In this document: positions 35,819-45,208 of the stretch, one piece after another | Numbering within the stretch: the stretch's first letter is position 1 | Layout: every line of letters begins with the position of its first letter | IMG/VR virus record: IMGVR_UViG_3300021375_001810 | Length of the DNA stretch: 64,000 nt | Origin: a virus | Reading direction: 5' to 3' (one strand) | Notes under the pieces: generated by a model | The model's input: the letters and a program-made list of their open reading frames with translations, nothing else | The model's database searches: none | Told to the model about the DNA's origin: nothing | Translations under genes and position numbers: made by a program

Positions 35819-37105
35819 ATGAGCGTTGCAGGAACTAAACACTGGACACCCGACCCGGATATTACACCCGAAGCATTAGAAGAAATGCGTAAAGATGTAA
35901 TGGATAGGATTATTGTTGCACGTATTGGTCTTTTGTTACGTCATCCATTCTTTGGTAATATGGCTACACGTTTACGTATTCAATCCGCAGACGATTGGTT
36001 GCCTACTGCCGCTGTAGACGGTAGAAACTTATTTTTTAACACACAATTCTTTAATGCAATGTCAAATCAAGAAATTGAATTTGTTATTGCACACGAAATC
36101 TTACACTGTGTATTTGATCACTTAACACGTAGAGAAGATAGAGATCCTCAAATACATAATATTGCCGCCGACTATATTGTAAACAATTTACTTGTTCGTG
36201 ATCGTATTGGACAGAAGCCTACCTTTATTGATTGTTTCCAAGACTTTAAATATGACGGTTGGTCTTCTGAAGAAGTATATGATGACATTTATGAACAAGC
36301 AAAAGAAAACGGTAAAGAGTTACTTGAACAACTAGGCGAATTGCTTGATGAACATTTAGACTGGGAAGGCGAAGACGGAGAAGCTGAAGAAGAAAGCGGT
36401 GGTAACGGTAATAAATCTACAAAACAACCTAAGTACTCAAAAGAACAATTACGCGAAATCCGTGATGAAATTAAAGAAAATATGATGACAGCGGCTCAGT
36501 CGTCAGGTGCTGGAAACACACCTAAAGAAGTTGAAAGAATGATTACTCAACTTACAGAGCCTAAAATGAATTGGCGTGAAATTTTACGTCAGCAAATTCA
36601 GAGTACTATTAAAAACGATTTTACATTTATGCGTCCTTCACGTAAAGGTTGGCATATGAGTGCTGTACTACCTGGACAGAACTTTGACGAAACAATTGAC
36701 ATTTGTGTTGCTGTTGATATGTCTGGTTCAATTGGTAATAAACAAGCAGAAGACTTCTTAGGTGAAGTACAAGGTATTATGGATGAGTATCAAGACTATA
36801 ATATTAAATTATGGTGTTTTGATACAGCCGTTTATAACGAAGCAGAGTTTAGTGCAGACGGTGGTGAAAGATTAGAAGACTACGAAATTATCGGTGGCGG
36901 TGGAACTGAATTTGACTGCAACTGGGAATACATGAAAGAACATGATATACAACCTAAAAAGTTTATTATGTTTACAGATGGTTACCCATGGGGTAGTTGG
37001 GGTGACGAAGATTACTGTGAAACAGTATTTGTTATTCATTCAAATCATGAGAGGAGTTTACAAGCACCGTTTGGTATAACTACTCACTATGAGGATGCCG
37101 CTTAA
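35819..37105 (+). CDS. HExxH metallopeptidase-like plus vWA domain protein (DUF2201-type)
   Basis: AHEILH; MIDAS residues in DMSGS, GGGT and FTDG; follows the MoxR ATPase. Confidence 0.88.
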   Translation: MSVAGTKHWTPDPDITPEALEEMRKDVMDRIIVARIGLLLRHPFFGNMATRLRIQSADDWLPTAAVDGRNLFFNTQFFNAMSNQEIEFVIAHEILHCVFDHLTRREDRDPQIHNIAADYIVNNLLVRDRIGQKPTFIDCFQDFKYDGWSSEEVYDDIYEQAKENGKELLEQLGELLDEHLDWEGEDGEAEEESGGNGNKSTKQPKYSKEQLREIRDEIKENMMTAAQSSGAGNTPKEVERMITQLTEPKMNWREILRQQIQSTIKNDFTFMRPSRKGWHMSAVLPGQNFDETIDICVAVDMSGSIGNKQAEDFLGEVQGIMDEYQDYNIKLWCFDTAVYNEAEFSADGGERLEDYEIIGGGGTEFDCNWEYMKEHDIQPKKFIMFTDGYPWGSWGDEDYCETVFVIHSNHERSLQAPFGITTHYEDAA

Positions 37106-37386
37106 TGGTAAAACTTAAAGAACCAAATCCATTGAATGTGTTTGGCCTTAGGAGAACTAAGATTCAGCCTAAGCACTTTGAGTCTATAGCCATTAATTAT
37201 ACCTATAATATGGAAGAAGCATTAAATAAATGGATACGAAAAAACCTTAAAGGAAGGTTTTACGTAGGTAAAGTTTTAAAGGTAGATGAGCAAAATCAAG
37301 TCAACTCTATGCTTAATGTAGCGTTTGAAGACGGTAAAGAGCTTGCATACTTTATGCTGGCTTGTCCACTTTTAAAATACAAATAA
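37105..37386 (+). CDS. Hypothetical protein
   Basis: 93 aa, TAATG coupling. Confidence 0.7.
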   Translation: MVKLKEPNPLNVFGLRRTKIQPKHFESIAINYTYNMEEALNKWIRKNLKGRFYVGKVLKVDEQNQVNSMLNVAFEDGKELAYFMLACPLLKYK

Positions 37387-37426
37387 ACAACGACAGTTAA
37401 ATACTACTATTATTAAGGAGATAATT

Positions 37427-37702
37427 ATGTCAGAAGAAACTAAAGTAAATGAAGCAGCAGCTCCAGAAGCAACAGGTGAAGCACCTCAAGCAGCTCCGGA
37501 TCTTACTGTTCAAGACCTAAATGCATTAAAAACTATTATTGATGTTGCTAGTCAACGTGGTGCATTTAAACCAAACGAAATGACCACTGTAGGACAAACC
37601 TACACTAAATTAGAAAACTTCTTGCTTGCTGTACAAGCCCAACAAGCACAGCCAGAAGGCGAAAAAGCGGAAACAGCGGCTGACGCTCCCGCAGGAGAAT
37701 AA
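37427..37702 (+). CDS. Hypothetical protein
   Basis: 91 aa, LTVQDL...IIDVASQRGAFK; late box GTTAAATA at 37396-37403. Confidence 0.75.
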   Translation: MSEETKVNEAAAPEATGEAPQAAPDLTVQDLNALKTIIDVASQRGAFKPNEMTTVGQTYTKLENFLLAVQAQQAQPEGEKAETAADAPAGE

Positions 37703-37703
37703 T

Positions 37704-38300
37704 ATGGCCCAGTCACTAAAGCATATCGGAAGACACGTAGGCTCTAAGAAAAAGGTTGCTGTAGCATTTAGAGTGCTACCAGGTGAACCTGATAATTGCT
37801 TAGTAGTTCCTACTGAGTCATTGGATGCGGCAGAACACGATTCATTAATGTCATTGATTGAATCAAATGCAGCACAAAATGCTGACGAACTAGCGGATGC
37901 AATGAATAGAGTTACATTGCCCAACGGCATAAACATGCTAAAAGGTTTTCACAAGTATGGTAAACTATACAAAATGAAAACTGAAGAAATTGAAATGACT
38001 CCAGATAATAAAAGTTCAGTCATGCTAAATGAACTTAATAAACTGATTGCAGATCAAAAAGGAATTACAGTTGAAGATCTTGCTGTTACAGGTGGAAGTG
38101 GACAAGCGGTTTCTGCTACAACAGATACAGTTGCTCCTACAACAGTAACAGATGAGACAGTGTTAGACGATGCTACACTAGCTGCTCAGTACCGTTCACA
38201 AGCAGACACTTTGTATAAAGAGGCAAAGAGACTGAGAGAACAGGCAGAGGAGTTGGTCCCTACGAAAAGGAAGACCAAAGCCAGTGCCAAAGCAACCTAA
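37704..38300 (+). CDS. Hypothetical protein
   Basis: ATG at 37704 after SD AGGAG. Confidence 0.75.
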   Translation: MAQSLKHIGRHVGSKKKVAVAFRVLPGEPDNCLVVPTESLDAAEHDSLMSLIESNAAQNADELADAMNRVTLPNGINMLKGFHKYGKLYKMKTEEIEMTPDNKSSVMLNELNKLIADQKGITVEDLAVTGGSGQAVSATTDTVAPTTVTDETVLDDATLAAQYRSQADTLYKEAKRLREQAEELVPTKRKTKASAKAT

Positions 38301-38604
38301 AAAGAAGAAGTTACCTCCCGAAGTAATAGGTCATTGGCCAGAAGTTTTTGACGAAATTGATATGAATGTAGTACCTTTAGAGTATCTACATTCTATCAGA
38401 GTTACGTTTAAAGACGGCAAGGTATGGGATATTGATCTTAATAGTCCTAAAAATAAAGAGATTACTAGCGTTCAAGACAGTTTAGATGAGCTATTTAACG
38501 AGTATGAAGATGCTATCCAAACTGTAGACTTTAGACTGGATACTGACCGTGTTAAGAAAGATATCACCAAAAGAACTCGCCGATTTCTTAAACTTGGAAA
38601 GTAA
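38284..38604 (+). CDS. Hypothetical protein
   Basis: 106 aa, GTG start. Confidence 0.7.
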   Translation: MPKQPKKKKLPPEVIGHWPEVFDEIDMNVVPLEYLHSIRVTFKDGKVWDIDLNSPKNKEITSVQDSLDELFNEYEDAIQTVDFRLDTDRVKKDITKRTRRFLKLGK

Positions 38605-38622
38605 TTGTTTCTGTGTAAAAGG

Positions 38623-38630
38623 CATAAATA
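38623..38630 (+). promoter_or_regulatory. Late promoter box (CATAAATA)
   Basis: Upstream of a fibre gene. Confidence 0.65.
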
Positions 38631-38663
38631 CTAGTAGAAACTATTATTACTAGGAGTTAACGA

Positions 38664-40256
38664 ATGGCTTTACAGATCAGACGAGGTATTGAGTCAGAAC
38701 GCACAGGTGTTGTATTTGCCGAGGGCGAACTGGTCTACATTACGGATACCGACAAATTATATATTGGTGACAATACTACAGCAGGCGGTATTGAAATTGG
38801 ACCAAAGACTTTATCCGAACTAGGAGCTGCTTCATTAGGCGGTGACTTAACACTAGGCGGAAACAATATTATAGGAACTGGTAATATTAATATTACTGGT
38901 GACATCCAAGCAACAGGAAGCATTACAGCAGGCGGCAATATTGACATTGGCGATGCTGCAGGCGACACACTTACAATCACAGCACAAGTTGATAGCGGCA
39001 TTACTCCTAACGCTGATTCAACTTATGACTTAGGTTCAACTTCATTAAAATGGAATACTGTACACGCCGCTAAACTAGACGGTGATGTATCCGGTAGTGT
39101 GTTTGCAGATGACTCAACACTATTAGTAGATGCTGTTAATAATATTATACCTAGTGCAGTTGTTTCAGGTACAGAAGCAACTAACTGGAACACAGCATAT
39201 GGTTGGGGCGACCATTCAACACAAAACTATATTGTCGACGGGACCGCTGATGCTATTACAGCAAACATGGTAAATGAAAATGTTATTACATCACGAGAAC
39301 TTGCTGATGGAAATAGTTACAACGGTACATTTGACGGTGATATTACAGGCTCTGTATTTGCAGATAATTCAACATTATTAGTAGACGGTGTAAATGGTAC
39401 AATACCAGCAACGGTAATAAGTGGTACACTTTCTAACGATACATCAGGTACAGCGGCTATAGCAACTGCAGTTGATGTAAATGACGAAAGTACAGATGCA
39501 ACTTGTTTTCCAATGTTTGGAACTGGCGCAACTGGTACTTTAACTATAAAAACAGATCAAAGTGCATACACATATAATGCCTCTACTGGTACACTATACG
39601 CAACCGCATTTGTTGGAAATATCACAGGTGATGTAACAGGTGACGTTGCAGGTAATTTAACTGGTAACGTGTTTACTAATTTAATTGATAGTGCTGACTC
39701 GTCAGCTATTGTTGTAACTCCTTCTTTGCAAACATTATCAGATGTACAAGTAGATCAAGATTTAAGAGTTGGTAGTGGAAATACTCAAGGTCCTAATGGA
39801 ACAGATGTAAGAATTGTTCCTGCAACAGGTAGCGGAGTTGGTAGAGTCTTAACAGACACTATTGAAGTAAAAACTATTGAAATTGCAGACGGCGATGGTG
39901 GTGAAATATTTGTAAAAGGTAACTTAGACATATCAGGTTCGTTAACTACAAATGGTGGACATTTAGGGTTTGGTGATAATGACTTACTAACCTTTGGTGG
40001 AACATCTGCAAGTTTAAGAGTTGCTGAGTTTACTGGTGATTTTGATACACCAGGAGACTTTGAAAATAGTGCAAACTTTAATAACTATATGACTGTTAAT
40101 AGTACAGTTGCAGACTTTGGTACTGCTGTTCAGTTTGCTAGTATGACGACTACACAACGTGATGCACTAACAGCGGCAGCTGGTATGGTAGTGTTTAACA
40201 CTACAGATACAAAATTACAAGTATACACAGGCTCTACTTGGGCAGACTTACATTAA
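38664..40256 (+). CDS. Tail/head fibre-like structural protein
   Basis: MALQIRRG...AEGELVY N-terminus; Gly/Thr/Asp-rich beta repeats. Confidence 0.75.
   Translation: MALQIRRGIESERTGVVFAEGELVYITDTDKLYIGDNTTAGGIEIGPKTLSELGAASLGGDLTLGGNNIIGTGNINITGDIQATGSITAGGNIDIGDAAGDTLTITAQVDSGITPNADSTYDLGSTSLKWNTVHAAKLDGDVSGSVFADDSTLLVDAVNNIIPSAVVSGTEATNWNTAYGWGDHSTQNYIVDGTADAITANMVNENVITSRELADGNSYNGTFDGDITGSVFADNSTLLVDGVNGTIPATVISGTLSNDTSGTAAIATAVDVNDESTDATCFPMFGTGATGTLTIKTDQSAYTYNASTGTLYATAFVGNITGDVTGDVAGNLTGNVFTNLIDSADSSAIVVTPSLQTLSDVQVDQDLRVGSGNTQGPNGTDVRIVPATGSGVGRVLTDTIEVKTIEIADGDGGEIFVKGNLDISGSLTTNGGHLGFGDNDLLTFGGTSASLRVAEFTGDFDTPGDFENSANFNNYMTVNSTVADFGTAVQFASMTTTQRDALTAAAGMVVFNTTDTKLQVYTGSTWADLH
39078..39395 (+). 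repeat. Internal protein repeat in the fibre gene
   Basis: DGDVSGSVFADDSTLLVDAVN (39078-39140) and DGDITGSVFADNSTLLVDGVN (39333-39395). Confidence 0.8.
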
Positions 40257-40274
40257 TAATTAAAATGTATTCAT

Positions 40275-40305
40275 AAAAAAAGCACCATAAAGGTGCTTTT
40301 TTTTT
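40275..40305. terminator. Bidirectional intrinsic terminator
   Basis: A7-GCACC-ataaa-GGTGC-T9 between convergent genes. Confidence 0.9.
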
Positions 40306-40325
40306 GGCTTTAATTTGTTAGTGTA

Positions 40326-42917
40326 TTACAATTTTAGTATACATTCAACTAGTTTAGTACCTTCTTCTTCGCTTGATTCTAACGCTACGCCTACTATTTG
40401 TTGTCCGTTAAACTGTGTACTAGCAATTCCGTTATCATGCACGTAAACCGCCTGTCCTTTGCTTACAGAGCCCGTTACAAGCACTGGAACTCGTCCTTTA
40501 AGTGCTAGTGGTTGTCCGTCTGCTTCTGCATTCATTAAGAACGCTGGTTTTGCAGATATAACACCTACTGGTATTGCTCCAAATACAGCTCTTTCTGCTT
40601 CAAAACTTGACTGTGCGCCAATTGCCATTACTGTACCTGTTGGATGTTTTTCGTTAGTTGTATATTTCTCTGCTAAGTCAGCATAGTTTGCAGTTACAGC
40701 ATTACCTGATAGGTTGCCTACAAAAGTACCTACGGATAATTCAATTCCGTTTGCTGTAAATTCAGCATGAGTTGCACCTGATCTTGTTACAGTAATATCG
40801 CCGCCTGCACCAGTTATTGCTACACTACTAGTACCATTAGATATTGAAGTTGTACTTACACCTCCTACACCTGTTGAAATAGCACTATCAATTTCTGCTT
40901 GTGTATATGTTTCTGCTTTAGAATAAACATCTAAGTTAGTTCTTGCTTCTGCAGCTGTAGTACCAGCAGTACCACCTTCGGTTATTGCTAGTGTACCTGT
41001 TGCTCCTGCTAAGTTAAGTGAAGCAGAAGTAAGTGTTCCTACAGTTAAGTTATCAAAGTAACCGTCATTTGCTGTTCCTGATTCATTAACTTGTCCTATA
41101 AATTTACTTGCTGTTACAACATTAGCTGCAAAGTCACCTGAAGCATCTCTAGCAACTACATAGTTTGCTGTATTTGCAGAAGCTGCATTTAAGCCTAACT
41201 TAATAGAAGCATTTTCTGCTGAGGAAGGATAACTTGAAGGATTAACACTATTATTAACTGTTACATTTAAATATGTTTCACCAGTATCACGTATAACACG
41301 CTCAACAAAATTACCTGTTGTGTCAGTACCTAATGTTACTGAATCTCCTGATGTTGTTAGTGCAATATCTAATGATCCTTCATCACCATTAAATGTTACT
41401 GAACCTGTTGCATCGCCTGTGAAGTTAAGTGTTAAATCATTCTGCCATTTAGTAGCATTGTCTGCTGTTCCGTCTAATGCTCCGTAGAATGTTGAAGCAT
41501 TAATTGCACCAGTTGCGTCTCTAACTACTACTGTATCTGGTGTTGGTATAACTGCCGCCGATCTGTTTTCGCTACCTTCTTGTAACGTAGCTGCTCTAGT
41601 AGCAACACCATTAAATTGATTTGCTGTTAAGTTACCACTGGCGTCTCTAACCGCTACAGAGCTTGCTGTAGCACTTGCAGAGCCTGTTGCGTAACTAGAC
41701 CCATCAACAGCAATATTTGTTGCGTTAACCGCTAAATCTGCGTTTGTAGCGGTACCTTGGAAATAGTTTGCATATAAGTCGCCTGAGCCATCTCTTGTTG
41801 CTATTGTGTTCGCTGTAGCCGCTGTTGATGCACTTCTATAGTTTACACCTACTTTTAATAAGTCTGCTTTTTCACTAGTACCCGTAAAGTTTACAGCATG
41901 TACAGTACTCCATCTATTTCCTGAAGTACCTAAACTATAAACTCCGTCACCGTCAGGTCTAATACTTGCCGGTGTGCTGTTTGGATCAATAATAAGTGGA
42001 GTATGCTTAGTTCCTGTTCCATCATGTGCAGCTATTTTAATTAAGCCGCCATGTAGGTTGTGTGTAACTTGTGCATTACCGCCTGATGTGTTTAATACAA
42101 ATTCTGTTGAACTACCAATACGTAGCCCGTCTGCATCTGCAATATCAACTCTATCAGTAAATACGGCTGTTGCACGTTGTACAAATTCTGCAGCATCAGT
42201 GCCACCTAATCTATCTGAGTTAGATGCTGTACCGTGGAATCTTTCTACACCATTTTGAACACCTGTTGAATCGTCTGAATCAACTAACGTAATCCCTTGA
42301 TGTATATAATTAAATCCTTGAATAGAACTTCCAGTATCAAGTGTAAATGCATCTTTCGATGCAACAAACATTACTTTGTTATCAACAACACCCTTTAATA
42401 CATAGTGTTCATGTGGTTCTTTTAATTCTGCTGTTGTGTCGCTTGGGGATAATAAGTTATCATAAACTAGTGTTTCTACCCATTCTGTTTGGTTCGCACT
42501 TGCTTGCTTAGGACCAACTAGTACAAACGCAGAGCCGTTATAAACGTGTAACTGTTGTTGTACATCATCAAACCATAGGTCGCCTTTATTTACATTAGAC
42601 GCTGATGGAGTTCCTGGCAATACTCCAATTCTTAAATTTGCTAAAGGGTTGAAAAACTTATTTGCGTTACCGTCATATACTTTTAATCTGCCTTGACCAT
42701 CGTCGTCTGTATCAAACCAAAGTTGACCTGCAATTGGTCTTGGAGGTTGATTTGCCGAAGCAAAGTTTTCTAACAATGATACAAAGTTTTCGTTTTGTAT
42801 TTCACCGTACCCTGAATAGTTTTTACCAACTAGTTTTAAGTCAGTTGTATTATCAATGGTACCGTCTTCTATTATTGTTAGAATGGTATTATTTGTTTTT
42901 TCAATAGTATATGCCAT
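40326..42917 (-). CDS. Tail fibre protein with a probable C-terminal chaperone-type domain
   Basis: N-terminal domain shared with the next two genes, RDxxG repeats, C-terminal YADLAEKY...ALKGRVPV. Confidence 0.8.
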   Translation of the reverse strand: MAYTIEKTNNTILTIIEDGTIDNTTDLKLVGKNYSGYGEIQNENFVSLLENFASANQPPRPIAGQLWFDTDDDGQGRLKVYDGNANKFFNPLANLRIGVLPGTPSASNVNKGDLWFDDVQQQLHVYNGSAFVLVGPKQASANQTEWVETLVYDNLLSPSDTTAELKEPHEHYVLKGVVDNKVMFVASKDAFTLDTGSSIQGFNYIHQGITLVDSDDSTGVQNGVERFHGTASNSDRLGGTDAAEFVQRATAVFTDRVDIADADGLRIGSSTEFVLNTSGGNAQVTHNLHGGLIKIAAHDGTGTKHTPLIIDPNSTPASIRPDGDGVYSLGTSGNRWSTVHAVNFTGTSEKADLLKVGVNYRSASTAATANTIATRDGSGDLYANYFQGTATNADLAVNATNIAVDGSSYATGSASATASSVAVRDASGNLTANQFNGVATRAATLQEGSENRSAAVIPTPDTVVVRDATGAINASTFYGALDGTADNATKWQNDLTLNFTGDATGSVTFNGDEGSLDIALTTSGDSVTLGTDTTGNFVERVIRDTGETYLNVTVNNSVNPSSYPSSAENASIKLGLNAASANTANYVVARDASGDFAANVVTASKFIGQVNESGTANDGYFDNLTVGTLTSASLNLAGATGTLAITEGGTAGTTAAEARTNLDVYSKAETYTQAEIDSAISTGVGGVSTTSISNGTSSVAITGAGGDITVTRSGATHAEFTANGIELSVGTFVGNLSGNAVTANYADLAEKYTTNEKHPTGTVMAIGAQSSFEAERAVFGAIPVGVISAKPAFLMNAEADGQPLALKGRVPVLVTGSVSKGQAVYVHDNGIASTQFNGQQIVGVALESSEEEGTKLVECILKL

Positions 42918-42946
42918 TATTTTTCATTCCCTATGTGCGGTATATG

Positions 42947-42954
42947 TATTTATC
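42947..42954 (-). promoter_or_regulatory. Late promoter box (GATAAATA)
   Basis: TATTTATC on the + strand, upstream of 42917. Confidence 0.6.
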
Positions 42955-42958
42955 AGTA

Positions 42959-45208
42959 TTAAGTCCAATTAGTCTCTGACTGTTTGGTCCATACTTTACC
43001 ACTACCAGGATCAGTAACTTTCCAAACTTGTTGCTTACGTGTAACTGACAATGATACTGTACCTGTCGCACTGTTAAAGTTAATATCTTCTAATAAGGCT
43101 TGCGGATTTTGCCCTCCATCTGCCCCACCAATACCAGTAAAGTCTACTGATATAGTTTCTTTTGTTGCAGAACCTGCAACATCAATACCTGTAACTGCAC
43201 CGCCATACTGTGTAGTAATAACGTTTGCTACAGCATTAAGTGTTTTTGCTGTTGGATCTTGATAGAATGTAAGCATTGCTTGTACTTCTTCATCAACACT
43301 TGAATAATTTGTTGTCGGTAACCCAGTAACATCAATTTGTAACATGACTGGTGAAAATGCTACTTCAGTATCTACATATCCTTTAGTTACTACATGATCG
43401 TCTGTATCTTCAGTATCACTAGGATTATCTACAACGTGTCTAGCACTTAGCGGAGTAGTAACATTTTTAATTTTTGTGTCATTAAAGTCAACTGATGATT
43501 GACTTACTATTTTTAGTCCTGCATTATACGTAGTTATTGTAGGTGTTGCAGGATTTGTTCCTTCATCATAAGTAATTGTTAATCCTGGTCCAGGTAATGC
43601 ACTACTTTGTCTTACTCTTACAGTATCTAAAATACCAACATTTGCTAATCCTGATGCTGTTGTAATTTCTGCAGCAAGTGCGGCTGACGATATTACATCA
43701 TGACCATTAATTTTATATGTTTCGCCTGTAGGAATATTAACACTATCATTTAATTCAAAATATGGACCATTAGTTAAGTCATTAGTCCATTTAATAGTTT
43801 TGTCGTTAGCATTAGTACTGCTTGGAGCACCTTTAATAGTAATACCTGCACCAGTTGCAGTTGCGTCTGAACGCTGTATTATATTAGTTGCTGTAATGTT
43901 TACACTACCACTTGTTTGTAAATCACCTTTGCCAACTACTGTTATTTCATCACTACTAACAAGAAAACTATTGTTTGTTGGTTCAATAACTAATTTGTAT
44001 ACGTTGTTAACAGTATCAACTTGATATTCTTTAAATGTACCTGTTGCTAATACAGTATCACCTGTATGGCTTTGTGTTATTTGGTCGCCTACAGCAAGTG
44101 TGTCAGCAAATGAGCTATCAATTTGTCCTGATAAAGTTATAATTGTATCTGCATGTCCAAGTTCAATATTATAATCATCAACCGTTAATGTTGCTGTTTC
44201 TAAAGTAGTATTACTACCTTCAATAGTAATATCGCCTCTAACTCTCATATCACCAAATACATCTAACGTTGCTGTTGGTTCGTCAACCGTTACATTAATA
44301 CCCATATAGCGATTAACAGCATCAACACGTATTGGATCAAACTGTCCAGATATGTTTGAAGCAACTAATCTAAATCCTTGGTTAACAAGGTTACTTGATA
44401 AGTTAAGGAACTCACCTGATATTGCCAATCCTGCTTGACCAGTATCACCAATAGTTAGTCCGCCTTTAGTTTGAATATTTAAAATACCAGTAGTTGTACC
44501 TTCTGCATCTGACGGTAAAAACTGTGATGCTGTTTTTCTTCTTAGTAATCCTGTATTAGGATCAGTTTCTGAAGTAATCAAACTGGTTGCTGAGTCAGAA
44601 ACACCATAAATTCTAAAGTTATCTTTATCAACAATATTAATACCTTTTAACACATCGCCAGTTAATCCTGGTAATAAGTCAACATCATCTGCTCTTGGTG
44701 TAAATGTATCGTTACTAATATAAGCAAACACAGCATTACCAACTGACCATTTAATAACTGTATATCCTAAACTTCTTGTATCAACAATTCTTAAAGTTTC
44801 AAATCCACTTTTACCTTGTGCTGATGTATATGGAGGACCTACAAGTACTATATCACTTCCGTCAAAGAAGTATAACTGGTTGTCATCGTTGTTTATCCAA
44901 AGGTCGCCTGCAACCATTTGCGGTTGTGAAGCACTAATAATTGGACCGTTTGCTTTAAATGTTGTACCGTCATATACTTTTAATCTATTTTCGCTAGTAT
45001 CAAACCATAGTTGTCCTGTAATAGGTGTACCTGGAGTTGCTGTACCGCTAAAGTTTTCTAAAAGTTTAATAAAGTTTTCATTTATAACTTCACCAAACCC
45101 TACATAGTTTCTTCCTATTAGTGTAATGTCCGATGATGTAGTGTCAATCTGTCCGTCAACTAGTTCTACTAGCAATGAACCATCTGTTTTGTTTAGTTTA
45201 TAACTCAT
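42959..45208 (-). CDS. Tail fibre / baseplate-associated protein
   Basis: Shared N-terminal domain (NENFIKLLENF...GQLWFD). Confidence 0.8.
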   Translation of the reverse strand: MSYKLNKTDGSLLVELVDGQIDTTSSDITLIGRNYVGFGEVINENFIKLLENFSGTATPGTPITGQLWFDTSENRLKVYDGTTFKANGPIISASQPQMVAGDLWINNDDNQLYFFDGSDIVLVGPPYTSAQGKSGFETLRIVDTRSLGYTVIKWSVGNAVFAYISNDTFTPRADDVDLLPGLTGDVLKGINIVDKDNFRIYGVSDSATSLITSETDPNTGLLRRKTASQFLPSDAEGTTTGILNIQTKGGLTIGDTGQAGLAISGEFLNLSSNLVNQGFRLVASNISGQFDPIRVDAVNRYMGINVTVDEPTATLDVFGDMRVRGDITIEGSNTTLETATLTVDDYNIELGHADTIITLSGQIDSSFADTLAVGDQITQSHTGDTVLATGTFKEYQVDTVNNVYKLVIEPTNNSFLVSSDEITVVGKGDLQTSGSVNITATNIIQRSDATATGAGITIKGAPSSTNANDKTIKWTNDLTNGPYFELNDSVNIPTGETYKINGHDVISSAALAAEITTASGLANVGILDTVRVRQSSALPGPGLTITYDEGTNPATPTITTYNAGLKIVSQSSVDFNDTKIKNVTTPLSARHVVDNPSDTEDTDDHVVTKGYVDTEVAFSPVMLQIDVTGLPTTNYSSVDEEVQAMLTFYQDPTAKTLNAVANVITTQYGGAVTGIDVAGSATKETISVDFTGIGGADGGQNPQALLEDINFNSATGTVSLSVTRKQQVWKVTDPGSGKVWTKQSETNWT

